DNA of 38,860 bases, taken from NCBI GenBank assembly GCA_049724395.1, contig JAUGWO010000063.1, forward strand, positions 124,001 through 162,860, written 5' to 3'. The position numbers and the translations under genes are program-made. The DNA is from Spongospora subterranea f. sp. subterranea. Its lineage: Eukaryota. Under the pieces are notes generated by a model that saw only the letters and a list, made by a program, of their open reading frames with translations, had not been told where the DNA came from and made no database searches. This document shows, piece after piece, positions 12,328 to 25,039 of this stretch; position 1 is the stretch's first letter; each line of letters begins with the position of its first letter.

Positions 12328-12949
12328 GTTTCAAACACCAATATTCCATCAAAGCACACAAACGCTTCAAATTTTGGGCAAGATTAAGCTGCGTCACAAG
12401 CTAGCGACCACAACAAATTGATTTGTCAAACTTGAAAAAAATCGAACAGTTATTTTGAAACGGAGGGAGTATCGTCTTGTAGGACTGCTAGATCATACGT
12501 TCCATCGTTGGCATCCTCAGTTTCTCTTGCCTGAAGTGGCCTTAAGCTGCTTTTTTTGTGAATCTCCTTTAAGGTTGCGAAAGCCTTCTAACCCTGCTAC
12601 GTCTTTGAAGATAGCCTCCCATACCTGTTTCGGTAATCGCTGAACAACCTTACGACCTTTGGAATACTCAGCGAAGTGAGTACGATACGATTTGTTATCT
12701 CTGACACCACAAGATTAAGGTGTGAATACACTCCTGACGAAGAAACCGGGATGAAAACGTTCGTGCCTGTTTTTACGTATCAAAATTTTATCACCGAAGT
12801 AGGACGAAAAGCTCTGTGGAGTTTTGATGTTTCATCACATCATGATACTTTCATCCCGGTTTAGGGGGATTTACGGCCAACCTTACTGTATTGCATACGT
12901 TTAGATCTCGTGACGTTCGCGGTGTAATGGTTGCCGCTGAACCTTGAGC

Positions 12950-13110
12950 AGAAGAAGACATATAATTGATAAGCGGCAAGTCGCAGAAACAAGCGGCTAT
13001 ACATTTTAAAGTTTCACGTCCTGCTGTGAATAAGATGCTAAAAGCGGCGACTGACATTGAAAAGACAATTGCAGACCAGCCCAATCAGAGGAATCTGAAA
13101 AACGCTGACA
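12950..13110 (+). mobile_element. pogo/Tigger (CENP-B-type) HTH fragment
   Basis: SGKSQKQAAIHFKVSRPAVNKMLK resembles a CENP-B/Psq-type helix-turn-helix; no catalytic domain follows. Confidence 0.45.
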
Positions 13111-13589
13111 ACACGACCTATCGATATTTCATTCTGTCAATTTCCCACTAGAGTGTTGCCATCCTCTGACAATGTGACGACCGGTAACGAATTGCTGGCA
13201 AACTACAGTGATCGATTCATGGCAGATTTCAATTCAGAAGCTGATGAACATTCAAAGGCACCAAAGCCAACAGTCAATTCGTATTAGCGTTTGTGATCAA
13301 AATAAACCATATTGATCGTTGACCCCCACAGATCGCCTTAAATGTTAATCGGCCATCCTGGAAAACACGGAGTGAAGAGAAACCCGCCTGCATTTCAACA
13401 GAATTGCAACATCGGCACCTCGACGAAATGCAATCAACTGGATTTTTCAGTGCATAGACGCTGAACGAGTCGATGGACCGACCCAAAACTCTTCGATTGC
13501 AAAATCAACAGTCCGTGGCCGACGATGGCGATGGCTGGTCCATCAATCTGGTCTTGCGGCTAATGCAATCAGGCTGATTTGAGCTCGTA

Positions 13590-16500
13590 ATGCCGTGCGA
13601 CGGCCAGCAAGGAGATGGCCTGATCGACCAAGTTCTCTGGGCATGTACGGAGTGTGATAATAGTAATCCCGGAGGTGGAGGTCAGGCGGCTCATGACATT
13701 CTCGCCGACTTGCGCCAGTCTGCCCGCCCTTATCAGCTCTGTGCCGCCGTAATTAGTGCCGTATGGACAAGGGCCGAATTCAACGCTGATCAACGCTCAG
13801 CCGTAATTTTCCAATGTTCGCAATTACACCATATATTCCAACATCCAACATAGCGTGCTTTTGGTTTTGTTTTCGATATGTTCAACGCTATCTTTTTCGC
13901 TTTCAAAACTGTTGAATTTTTTAAAAAAATATTCGAGTTTGATTGTTTTTGATATATGTCACACGACTGACCTCTGACTGCCCTAACAAAGGTACTAGTA
14001 CAATTTTATTCGCATTGCAGCGAGAATGGTGTCAGCTTTCGTCGGAAGAAATCGCCGGCCTTCGCCATATCGCACAACAACTGCTTTTGGCGCCGTTATC
14101 GTCAGCGGTTTTGAACCAGGTGGGTCATCTTCTGGCCGTCATTGCCAAACGGAGCTGGACTGTAACCGACGAGGAACACTACGCCAACGATCTGGTCGCA
14201 ACAATTGATCGATTTCTCACAGCGTCAGATTTGCACACTCAGGTCTTTACATATATCGATTCAGCTGTCCCTTATCTGATGTCGTCTTTCTTCGCAATTC
14301 GATATTCGACCTTCTTATTTCTCAAAACACCATATTCTATTTTCACCATCAGATTACTCTTTACTTTACTTTCATGTCGTTGGTTCGTTTATCGTTCTAC
14401 TTGGTGTCTTATTGTGTGTATTAGAATGCAGGTTTGGTTCTATGCGAATGTCTGGTATCGGAATTCAGCTGGCAACACAGCTCGTCCCTGAACCTATCGT
14501 GGCAAGTGCATTCGACTCTGCATCGCTCGTTCGAATCACACGCCCTCCAGCCAATCTTCTGCTCAGTCATGCGATGGCTCCAACCGCGTCCTGATATGGT
14601 AATCACGCCATGATCTTTCACTTTTGTCATTTCTGTTTGTTAGTAAAATATTTGTCACTACAATCTTTTGCTTTGTACATCATCATGTATCAAATTAAAA
14701 TTCACAAGCTGTAAGTTTCATTTATAAGTATTCCAGCGACGTTTCAGAATTCTGACCTCTTTTGCTTGTGAACCTGCCCAGTCGTAAAATCTGGGGTTCC
14801 ATTGAATTTCCTAGCAGGTTTTTTCACTTTCTGCAAACTCTAAGCTTTTTTGCAATGAGTTTTATTTGTGATGTTAGCAGCATTGTACACTGTCTGACCT
14901 ACATCATTCTTTAGTCGGTTGACCTGTTAGCGAAGGCGGTCAATATTATCATAACAGGTCTTATATCGATTATGTAGCACACAACCGTGTTGTCTCATTC
15001 CATACAGTGCTGTCATGGCCGTTTTCAGACACGGTTTCTAGCGATAAACTGGCGCTGAGGTGCATGCAGTCCTCACCCTCAGGAAACGATGGCGAATTGA
15101 ACACGCTAAGACCGGGCCCGGCATGGCGACAGACTTTGCTCGGCAGCGCAGTCATCTTAGAAACCTTGGCCCAGTAATGCAATATATATTTTCACATTGT
15201 TTTCGAAAAGTTTGGCCTTATTTCATTACCGAGTTCGTTTCCTTTGCCTGAGTTCAATTGTTGTATTCTTCCTTTTGTGGTTGGCCAATGTATTCGTTTG
15301 ATGCTGGAACATTTGTGGCGCTGTCGGGACTTCCTGATAATCGATATGCTAATCGCGTTACATTGACAGTATTCGAGTGGTTATGAGTTCCTCACTCACC
15401 CCGCTCTGTCGTCGTCTTCTGACTCACGCAGTGACGCGATTGGCATCGTTACAGGGCAGCGTATTCCCTGTAGATGACGACACTTGTCGCCTGACATTTG
15501 TAACGGCCCTCTTGCACGCCACCATTCAGATTGTGGGCTCGGTAATTCATTCGATCAATGCCGATGCCGAAGCTGTGCTCGGTACACTTATTTCCAACCC
15601 CTTTCAATTTTGTGTGCGGTTTTTTTTTTCACTGAATAATGCTGTCTGCGCTGCGTTTTCGATCACCCAAATCTGCCATCAATGATTAAGGTTGGTGTTT
15701 GTAGATGTGTGCACTTTAATGCAGACTATTTTCCAGACGCAATCCGTCTCTGATATATGCCAATGTGGCGCCGAATCTGCCTTAACGGAAATATTGGCCA
15801 AAGTGTACTGTACCTTTTCACGTTGTTTCCGTAAATCCTTTGTGTTCTTGTTCAAACAAAACTGTTTTTTGTTAGCCAGACCCCACCTTTCCAATTGCGC
15901 TCGAGATTGTAAAATACTTGACTATTGTTACTTATCAGTTCTGATTTGCTTTTGTATGCGGGATCAATTTTTATTTATTTTCGTGTTGCCATCCAGGACG
16001 ATCGACCTTTTGCCGTATAGCGTTGCCTCCGACCACATCGAAACAGCTCTTTCCGAAGCATTTGACCTTACTCTGCACTCATGGGTGACACTGATCCGCA
16101 AAGCACCCATCGACTTCGTGCACCGCCATATCCGCAATTACACGAAGACTATTTTCTCACAGTAAGTCCCTGTATTGATCCCAAATCACTTTTCGATGTT
16201 GAAATTTGTCGCATGAGAGTGTATCGTTTTAATTGTTTCACTTGATTTTCCCAGGTACTTATCGTTCCGCATCGAACACGCTGGTGTTTTGTCGTACGAA
16301 GTCAATGAGCCCGATGAACAATTTTTTCAGTCCGATGCGCAACTATCATTCGCTGATGACCAGGTTGCTTTTGTCTCATGTTGAATGGCGTTTTGTTTCT
16401 CTCCCCTTCTCTGCCCACATTTGCACCCACGATAGTTTTTTCCTGCACTCATTTGACGATTTTCACAAAAGTCCTGAATGTATCACGATTGTAGTTATTA

Positions 16501-19500
16501 GCAGTGGCAGTTGTTGGAAGGGGCGACTGTGAGTCATCATTACAATGTGCTCGTTGCCTTCTCAATCAAGTGTTGGGCTCGTCGATCCGGTCCCCTCAAA
16601 CTAGCGAGCACCTGTGTCTGTTGGTCGCCCTCATCTCCAACATCTTAACGGATCCATATTCACCAGGTATATTTACCGATATATTAAAACGTGTTGTTGT
16701 GTTTTTCCTTTTTTTTCTATCTCAAGTTCGAGTCGTTTATCAAGCAATGCGCTTTCAACAGTACAAATAAACCGTTTTGGGTTTTTCAGGAGCCAAATTG
16801 TTGATTCCTAACATGACGCTGCAAGCGTCGTCTTCCACACTTTCCGTCGCCCTGGGTGATTTTTTTCGTTTCTGCCGCCATCTGCATGACCTCATAGCTG
16901 ATCCTGATGCTCGTCTTTCTGTATCGCCATTGCTTTTGCAGACCACGCTTTCCGCTTTGTCATCAATTATTGCGTCGTACATTGCGTTGAACCCGGAATT
17001 GTATTTGAAAAACAAAACGTAAGTTTTTCTTATTCCTCTGTTCACTTCAATTTTTGCATCCTTCGCATTGTTGAATTCTCCAAGTATGTAATTGAATTTG
17101 ATTGTCGTTATCCTTTATTCTGTGCATCTCTGTTGAAGAGTTTCAAGTTACATTGCGCGTCGACGTTGCATCTTCTTTTTATTCAACAACAAGTTGTACA
17201 GTTGATTCCTAAGGGCGTTTTGTTGTTTCGATGTTCACCGTGATTCAGTGTAGTTCCTGACGATTTGTTGGGTTTGCTGGTCGAGTATCAGGTTCCTTCA
17301 GTCGAGCTTGCCCTTGATCTAGTTCACGTCTCTGTGTTCGTTTGGCAGTTTGAAATCGATGCCAGCACTGTTGCCGTTGAACTTCTTCAGTTTGTTGTCT
17401 CGTTTCAGCAGGTACTTGCATTGTTTACAGTTACGTCTTTTTCCTTTATTCACAATCTCTCCAGGTGTAGTTCTATTGCTTGTATTATATTATCTGAAGT
17501 TTTGATGCTTTGTGTTTGCGTTTTGTTTGCTGATCCCGGAGGGGCTCATCGAAATCTCACGTCTTGTAATATTCGGGGAATGTTTGATTGCGCTAATTCG
17601 GCTAATATCCCGTTTTCGCAGTTCCTTTTCTGTAGATTCTGTAACAGTTCGTCTGATTTTGTCTACGCTTTGTACACATTTCTACGTGGTTAATCATCCT
17701 CGACAGTTACGTTCATTACTGGTTGCCTCTCCAGCCTGGTCTCAATTGATTAACGCTCTGCACGGGGTTCTCTCTTGCCAGAACCCATCTTTATCGCTCC
17801 AATCTTCAATCTTGATCTCCCTCGTTCATTGTAACGTTCCGTTCTGTACGCTATCGCATTTCATCAGATAACATGTGTTCAGCTGTCTCACGTGCCACGA
17901 TTTTGGAGACGGGTCTCTCTACCCAATTCAACATCATCCAGGATGCAATTATCTCTTTACGCTCGGCGCCAACTCATGTTGGTCTTTTAACAGATGTTCT
18001 AATCGGTCTTGCGCAATGCCCAGGTCAGTTACCATATTTTCTCCAAACCAGTCCAAACATATTGTTGTGTTGTTCCCATAATTTTATCAGACTTTGAGTC
18101 TCTCGTTGAATCAGATTTGTGCCATCCCCGCTTTGCATTGGTGATAACGTTATTTCGATTTAGCTTGTTCCGCGGATCATTTTCGTTGTAAACAACGATT
18201 ATTGATTCGTTTCGCGACCATCAACTGTGGACTGATTTGGTTTGTAGGCCCTATATGTGTGGAAAAGACATTCCCGCTGATCATGTCGTCCATGGATGCC
18301 GTGATGGCCAGTGTTGATGACGCCAGCTACGTCTCCGGCCTGCTTGTCTTGTGTCTGACACTGGCCGAATCTCATCTTCCGCTGGTCGACCTCCAAGGAT
18401 CGCATACTCTTCTCAGGTATTTTCCCAAGTGACCTGGCGTGTTTTTTCATCACCACTCTTTCTAATGTTGATTCTCTTCAATCAACAATGGGTCTCTAAC
18501 GTTAGCCTTAAATCAATATTCTTTTTCTGTAAACAATGTTCTTGTGTCAACTTTTTGGATCTGCAACGTTCGTGGTCCGGATATGTGTTTATTTTTGGGT
18601 CAGATTGTGTGTTGACGTGGTGCGTCATGTATCGGTGCCTGTGGCGTCGTTATTGGCCTCCGGTAATGTTCACTCCATAGACCATGGATCCAGGGATATT
18701 TCAAATCTCCTTGCATTATTGCACCAATTTACGGCCAAAGACTTTTTCGATATCGGCCCAGACTCCTCCGCAGATGTCGGCGTTGAAGCTGTACGTTGTT
18801 CTCTCTGCTTGGGGTGCATTCAATGCAGTTTTACCATAATTACGTGTTTCAATATTAGCAATGTTTTGCCTTTTGACAAATTTCTGGAATATTTTTCGTG
18901 GTAGTAATCTTTTGTAGCAAATTTAACTGAGTATTTTTGCAAAATGTTGCCCAGTCTTCTTTCTTTTATAGTTAAGTTTTCAAGTGCCCTTTTACAGTAT
19001 AGCTAATTTCCTTGTTGGTTTTGAAGTTATTCGTTTTCAAAGCTTGTGACAGTGTGGTATCATGTTGTTGATTTCTTCCTCACTCTAATGCACTTTGCAG
19101 GCGTTCGCTGGTATGTGCGCTCTGCTGTCTGCTATGTCGGCGGACACCTTGATTCATTTCCCTGATATCTGCACTGGGATCTATGATCTTTTGTCCTCTT
19201 TAATTATCACTGCTCCGGGTAATGTCTGAAATTGCAGACCCTTTTTATTTTCAATGCTCTGTAATTGTTAGATAAAGTTGCTGGGATGTCTGCAGACTCG
19301 CAAATGTCGCTATTAGCTGTCGTTCAATTCGCTTTACATGCGGATGTACCATCCGGGTATGTGTTTACGTTCAATCATGTTAAATATTTCCGTCCACCTT
19401 TTGTGGATCGTTTGCAATGATCATGCTTGGCCTCACTTTTCCCACGCTTAACAGAACGTATTCGTTTTTCGCAAGCTTTCATCGTATATCCATTTGAACA

Positions 19501-20169
19501 ATGTCGATTTTTTTGTAATAGTTGAATTCCCTCAGCTGCTTATATTGTCGGTTGATTTTGATCCTTAGTGTAGCGATTGCTGGTATCGATGCGGTGGCGG
19601 CCATCGCCGATTACGCCAACGCTGCTCAACACGATACGAGCAACCCCATCCGGCCTTTTTCGGACGCGATCTCTCGGTTTCAGCATCGCGTTTTACATAC
19701 AATGCTCTTTGGATCCATCCAGTAATTTACAACCTGGCTGCTATTGCATGCTAACGCAGTTTTATTTTTTTCAATGGGTTTTTGAATCAATGATTAATTG
19801 CTCATCCATCACACTGTTTACTATCCCTTTCTGTTTCCCTTGGCAATGGCTCTCAAACTAAATCAGATGTTTGACCTGTACAGACTCTTAGTTTGTTCAT
19901 TGCTATTTTTATCTGACTAGTTGTTGTTGATGATTAGGGAATCGATGTTGACCCCATTGGCCGATTGCCTTTTGGCCTTGATCTTCGCCAACTACTCATC
20001 TTTCTGTGAAGCTGTTTCCGCCGTCGGCGTTAATGTCATGGACTCGGGCCTAGTTGACCTGGTATCGTCAGTAAATCTGAATGTGTCACAGTCCGCCAAC
20101 CGCCATCGGTTTCGAGATGCTGTAGCCCAGTTTGTGCGAACGTGTCGCCCGCTATTACAAGTCAAATAA
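13590..20169 (+). CDS. XPO4: Exportin-4 (importin-beta family), many short introns
   Basis: Spliced exons give ..LQREWCQLS..LAVIAKRSW, LVSEFS..LSWQVH..RSFE, VLSWPF..LRPGPAWRQTLL and RLASLQGSVFP, with C-terminus NRHRFRDAVAQFVRTCRPLLQVK*. These are characteristic XPO4 motifs. The GT-AG junctions checked for the first exons keep frame. Confidence 0.85.
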
Positions 20170-20654
20170 ACAAATATTGTTCCGTCTTTGTCTCGAATGG
20201 GCAGCTTCTACCTAATCCGTGATCAACATCGTCTGTTTGATCCAAGAGTTCCGATGATGCGTGAAACTTGACCCAAAATGCCGATCTTCGTACGAAGACG
20301 GTACACATGAAATCTCATGGTCGGTCAGGCACGTAGCCAATGGGCTACATAAGCATCTCATCGATTTCACAAATGCAGTTCCCTTTCTTATTAGAGAAAT
20401 ATAACTTTGATTGATGCCGATAAATGAATGCAAAGTCAGGAAGCAGTGTCTGTTTCTGTTCAAATTTCCCCATTTTCGACTCGCGCAAGCAATCCTTTCC
20501 AGAAGACACCTGAAGCTCCGTGTTGAGGGTTTTGAGAGTGATAAGGACTGGAACCAGACAACGGGGCCATGAAAATACAAGGCTGATTATAACGTTAAAA
20601 AGCATTACAAACCATCCTACTATAAACAGGTTGGACTACAAAAAACTACTTTAC

Positions 20655-20820
20655 CTGTCGTAATAGTACGGAAGCGTTCCTGCCCGGCTGTGTCCCATAT
20701 CTGAAGTTTGATCCTCTTTCCTTCGACGTCGATGGACTTTATCTTAAAATCTATTCCAATGGTGGTAATAAAACTCGTTGTGAATGAGTCGTCAGAGAAT
20801 CGCAACAAGAGACAGCTCTT
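20655..20820 (-). pseudogene. Isolated Rab8/Sec4-like GTPase exon
   Basis: [55 protein letters not shown] ending at a GTAAAG donor. No GxxxxGK P-loop exon upstream and no NKxD/SAK exon downstream could be found. Confidence 0.75.
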
Positions 20821-21002
20821 GTGGGGATCATAAAATTCAATATGATGAACCAAATCCGATGTTTTTTCCGTCACCCCGCCAATTTCAACTCTGAATCAAC
20901 CATGTTATCTGTAACTATTCATTGACGTCAATATTGCGGACCCATCCCGATCATGGTTGATTGAAAAAAAATTTGAAATTTTTGATTAAAGTTGAGATAT
21001 AG

Positions 21003-21069
21003 CTTTGCCTTGTTTCCCCTTTTTGCGTGGAGGAGATTTCTGGTGAAAAAACAAAACAGTTTTGCTGGG
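21003..21069 (-). repeat. Dispersed repeat / probable DNA-transposon terminus, homologous to 6895-6958
   Basis: CCCAGCAAAACTG..TTTTTTCACCAGAAA..CTCC..CAAAAAGGGGAAACAAGGCA is shared by both sites. Confidence 0.65.
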
Positions 21070-21169
21070 TTAGTGTTTGGCTGCACACTTTAGTGAACAG
21101 GAAGTCAAAAAATCATGTCTACAGTACGATGACGATGACCATGGGCTATCTCCATTTCTAAAGTGACAG

Positions 21170-21177
21170 AAAAAAAA
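21170..21177 (-). terminator. RNA polymerase III terminator (T8)
   Basis: Run of 8 T on the minus strand 2 nt downstream of the tRNA 3' end. Confidence 0.8.
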
Positions 21178-21179
21178 TC

Positions 21180-21252
21180 AGCCTGTGCCGAGATTCGAAC
21201 TCGGAATCTCGTGCTCCGTAGGCACGCGCCTTGACCATTGGGCCACACAAGC
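21180..21252 (-). tRNA. tRNA-Arg (anticodon ACG)
   Basis: Acceptor stem GCTTGTG/CACAGGC, D-arm TGGCCCAATGGTCAAGGC, anticodon arm CGTGC-CTACGGA-GCACG, T-arm CCGAG-TTCGAAT-CTCGG; 73 nt, no intron. Confidence 0.95.
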
Positions 21253-21699
21253 AAATAGTCGAAAGATGCAGTTGCTAACTGCATCAAATACAGTGACATA
21301 TCACCCTTCAATTCCAGATTCAATTTCATCTGATATGTATTATCATCTGAAGATGGTATTTACCAATTGTGGGATAGTCAACCGTGTATTGTCACGTGCC
21401 ATCGTATCACCGCTGTCGCCGGTTGTTTCCCAATAAATTCTTCATTTGCCCCTGATTCCTTGAGCCCGCCATCACCTCCGCCACCCTCTTTAAATCGCCA
21501 TTGCGACCTGCCTTTAGCCAGTCACCGTTTCCGATAGTCACTTCGCGACGACCGAGGACGTTTTTTGAGATGCACGCGAATGTGGCTTGGCTTTGCTTGG
21601 GGTTTGAGAAAATTCATTGATCGAAGGGAAAACGAATGGGGAGAGGTGACTGGAGGGGTCGATAAAAAATAATACAAGCGATGAATGATCGTCGAGAGC

Positions 21700-23413
21700 C
21701 ACGAACTTTCATGATAATCACTGGAACCCTCACAACAGAACACTATTCACTGATTCAGGTCAGCTTTTGTTGCCAAAGGATGTGACATCTAATGTGTTGT
21801 TCTCTCTGGTTGGTATTTCAGGATTGTTCATAATTTTAAACTCCTCTTGTATTCCGTCTAGGTATGTGTGGTTTTCTGTATGATTTGAGCCAAATCTCTT
21901 ATCGCTGGTATTTAGGTCTCCTGTAATGAGAATTGACTCGGTTTTTGTCTCTGCGAAGATTTCGACCTGCTTCCAATATGCTCTTCTAGTTTGTCTGTCT
22001 ATATCAGGTGGGATATATGTGTGTATCAGTATCATTTCGTCGTATAATTTAACAATTTGTGTTGTAATAGCGAATTGTCCAAAACATTGAATTGCCGGTG
22101 GATGTAGTTTCTATTTTGACTTGTTCTCGCCAAAATATTCCTGATTGTGTATATCGATCATCACATTCGTAGTGTGGAAATCCATGAATATTACGGCGAT
22201 GGTTTAGCTCTGAAACACAGATTACATCTGTTAGGTGTTGATTCGCAAAGTATGCCAGTTCGGTTGCCTTCTCCTCGCTCAATGAACATGCGTTCCATTG
22301 TGCTATAATCAGATGTCTATCATTTTTTACTTGTTTCGCTTGAACATTAAGCCTCGCAAAACATTGTGTTATTTTCATTTGTCTTTTTTGTTTGGTGGAG
22401 GTATTGTTGTTAGACCATTTTTTGGCGGTCCTTATCTTTTCAAGTTTTTATAGCATTTCTTCTTTGTCCGTTTGTTCATTGTCTTTTTTTCCCATGTTAC
22501 TGGAAATGTTGACTTTGCTATTAGTCAACAAATGGTATTGGTCTAAAAGTTGAATTGATTCATTCTCTCTAGTTATCAGAAGTTGTGGACGTCTGGTGGT
22601 GGTGCCGCTTGTGACAATGCTAAGCTTTTCCAGTTTTGCTGTAATTCGTTGGTCCTTAATGATGTCGTTGGTGTTGAGGTTGTGTTGGTCACTGATTCGT
22701 TGTCAGTTATTTTTAATGAAACCTGTTTCGGTCCATTAACTGTCCGGTATTGTTGTTTCCCAATGTAATTTTTAACGTATTTCTCAAATTGGTCATGTGT
22801 TGTTGTACTGTTACTATCGATCAGAGTGTCTTCATCAATTGGAAAATAAAGTCCCATAATGATTCAGTCTATTATGTCCCATCGGTGTTGATGATTTTCC
22901 ATTCATGTGGGTCAATACATATATCGTACTCTTCCAATTAACGCTGTCTCGTAATTTCGGAGAAACGATTCTATCCATTTCTGTATATCAGAGATTTTGT
23001 TGCCTGACTGATTATGATTATGTTGATCTTATACATAAACGCTGCTAATCTAATTCAACCAATCCAGCCCAGTGCCGGTCCTGTTCCATTATATCAGAAT
23101 ATTCATCAAGAGTAAGATTTTCATTGTTGGGTAATGATCCGGCGTAGTTCAGTATGTTTGTCGCTATGGTTCTTCCCTGATTTGGGTCTCTGGCAATGTC
23201 ACATATGTCTTTACGTAATTGCAGTACAGTCATGTCTGGTATTGCTCCTGACGTTCGAATTGCTTCGAATGCACAGTTGCCTATACCTATTACATCTTTG
23301 AATATATATTTGTTGTTATAAATTGTAAGGCTACATGTGGTATGTAATCCGGTGCCATGTCCTCCTGTTCTTTGCTTCTTCCAGGGGAAATCTGGTTTTT
23401 CCTTTTGAGACAT
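21700..23413 (-). mobile_element. Degenerate non-LTR retrotransposon-like fragment: OTU-like protease upstream of APE endonuclease; RT missing
   Basis: APE motifs IIAQWNACSL, DVICVSE, ILITGDLN and PTRENNTLD; OTU motifs VIGIGNCAFEAI, WAGLVE and NHY (~22856-22864); stops and frameshifts present. Confidence 0.7.
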
Positions 23414-23774
23414 TGGTGGCTTTACTTAACCGTCAAAACTTATGTAAAACACTGGGATCGAACACAGCTGATTTATCAGCAATTGAACATGACGATATAT
23501 TGTCATTTAATGTCAATTTATTGGAGATTGGATATTCTATATGGTGGCAAATGGGCTATTCATAGGAATATGGAAGAGTTTACTAATACGAACTGGGAGA
23601 AAAGCCAATATACTGAATTGGAGAGAAATATTGTTGTCAGTCAAGTGTCTCCATTTGGTGGGAGTATCACAGGGGAAGACTCCACTGTGCATCCCTCAAC
23701 TACCACCGATGGTAGTAGTTCACTCCAACCCTTCATAAGACTCGATTTCGATCGTCATCATTTCGACGCGTGAC

Positions 23775-24270
23775 TTGCGAAGTCTAAAGCGGAGTGTCAA
23801 TGTGTTTGTCAACACCAAGTTCATGAATTATCTCGTCAACAATGGAATTGAATGGCAATCTACTGTGGAATACTCGTCAGAACAAAATGGGGTTTCCGAG
23901 AGACGCCATCTTACCCCCATGGACGCTGCCCGGGCAATGCTTGTTCACGCCCGATTACCCAAATCTTTCTAGGGACCTGCGGTTTTGACAGCATCTCATG
24001 TTCACAATGCTGCCCACATCCAAAGGACCATAACACCACTCCACACGAAGTTCTGAGGAGATCCAAGCCAGACATTCGCTACTTGAGACCGTCGGTTGCG
24101 ATGCTTATGGGTTTATCCCGCACGAGCTTCGCAAGAAACTGGATGCAAGAGCTCGTAAAGGAATCTCTATTGGTTATGCGAACCGTCAAAAGGGGTACAT
24201 CCTTTTTCACCCTGACCTTGGAAAGTCGAAGGTGTACCGTAGCGTTGTCTTTAATGAAAACGGATTTGGG
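23775..24270 (+). mobile_element. Ty1/Copia integrase fragment (pseudogene)
   Basis: GIEWQSTVEYSSEQNGVSERRH..ARAMLVHARLPKSF, then GCDAY..RKKLDARARKGI.IGY after a frameshift. Confidence 0.88.
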
Positions 24271-25039
24271 AGTAGATTAGCGATAATTTCCACGACTAAA
24301 TCGGCCTGGGCCTTTTAAAGAATCCATTCGAAATCGGGGCCAAATGCAATACGTCCAAAATGTTTTGGCTGTATCATCAAACTTATCTAGGCACTAATTT
24401 CGGCAATAAATTCGTCGAGAAGTTTGTTAATGCCATTTGGGATATTTAATTCTTGAATGAATTGCGCTGATTTGATTCTTCCAAAATAGCTTAAAGCAGA
24501 TTAACTTCGCCTTGTTCAGGCATTTTTTCAAAGGCTGGTATTCCAACAGATTTTGGGTTCTGGTTGGAGTAATGTACCAAAAAAAATGTTTGTCCACGAC
24601 TGTTTGATAGAGGGAAGGTTTACTTTCCTGTCTTCCATATTCAGCTCAATGTTTGCTGAGCTAAAATGGGCGATCGTCTGTTCAGTCGAATAAATTGACT
24701 TTAGGACGGCCCCTGCCATCGGTATGATGGCATAGATGATGAGGCAGGTCATGACCCGAAGAAACGATGGCACAGCTTCAATAGCTCATCTTTTCGCTCC
24801 ATCTGCACCTCGAAGGACAAGATGTACCATTGTTCCTTCGAGAAATGGCGGCTTGAAAAAAACCGACCACTCTTCTTTTACTATCGTAATCGGTGGCACT
24901 TCCATTGAGGTCCCACCGTGTATCCCTGATCGAGCAATGGGTTGGAGGAAGGATGGAAGCACATTAATCTTCCTGAAGTAATACGCCTATCGGCAACTGG
25001 TACGAACAACGTAACAGCCAAAACACAGAACTTTTGGCG

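Noticed and set aside
24300..24980. Coding-like minus-strand stretch between the Copia and piggyBac-like fragments
   Set aside because: Interrupted by stops with no identifiable domain; probably another decayed element.
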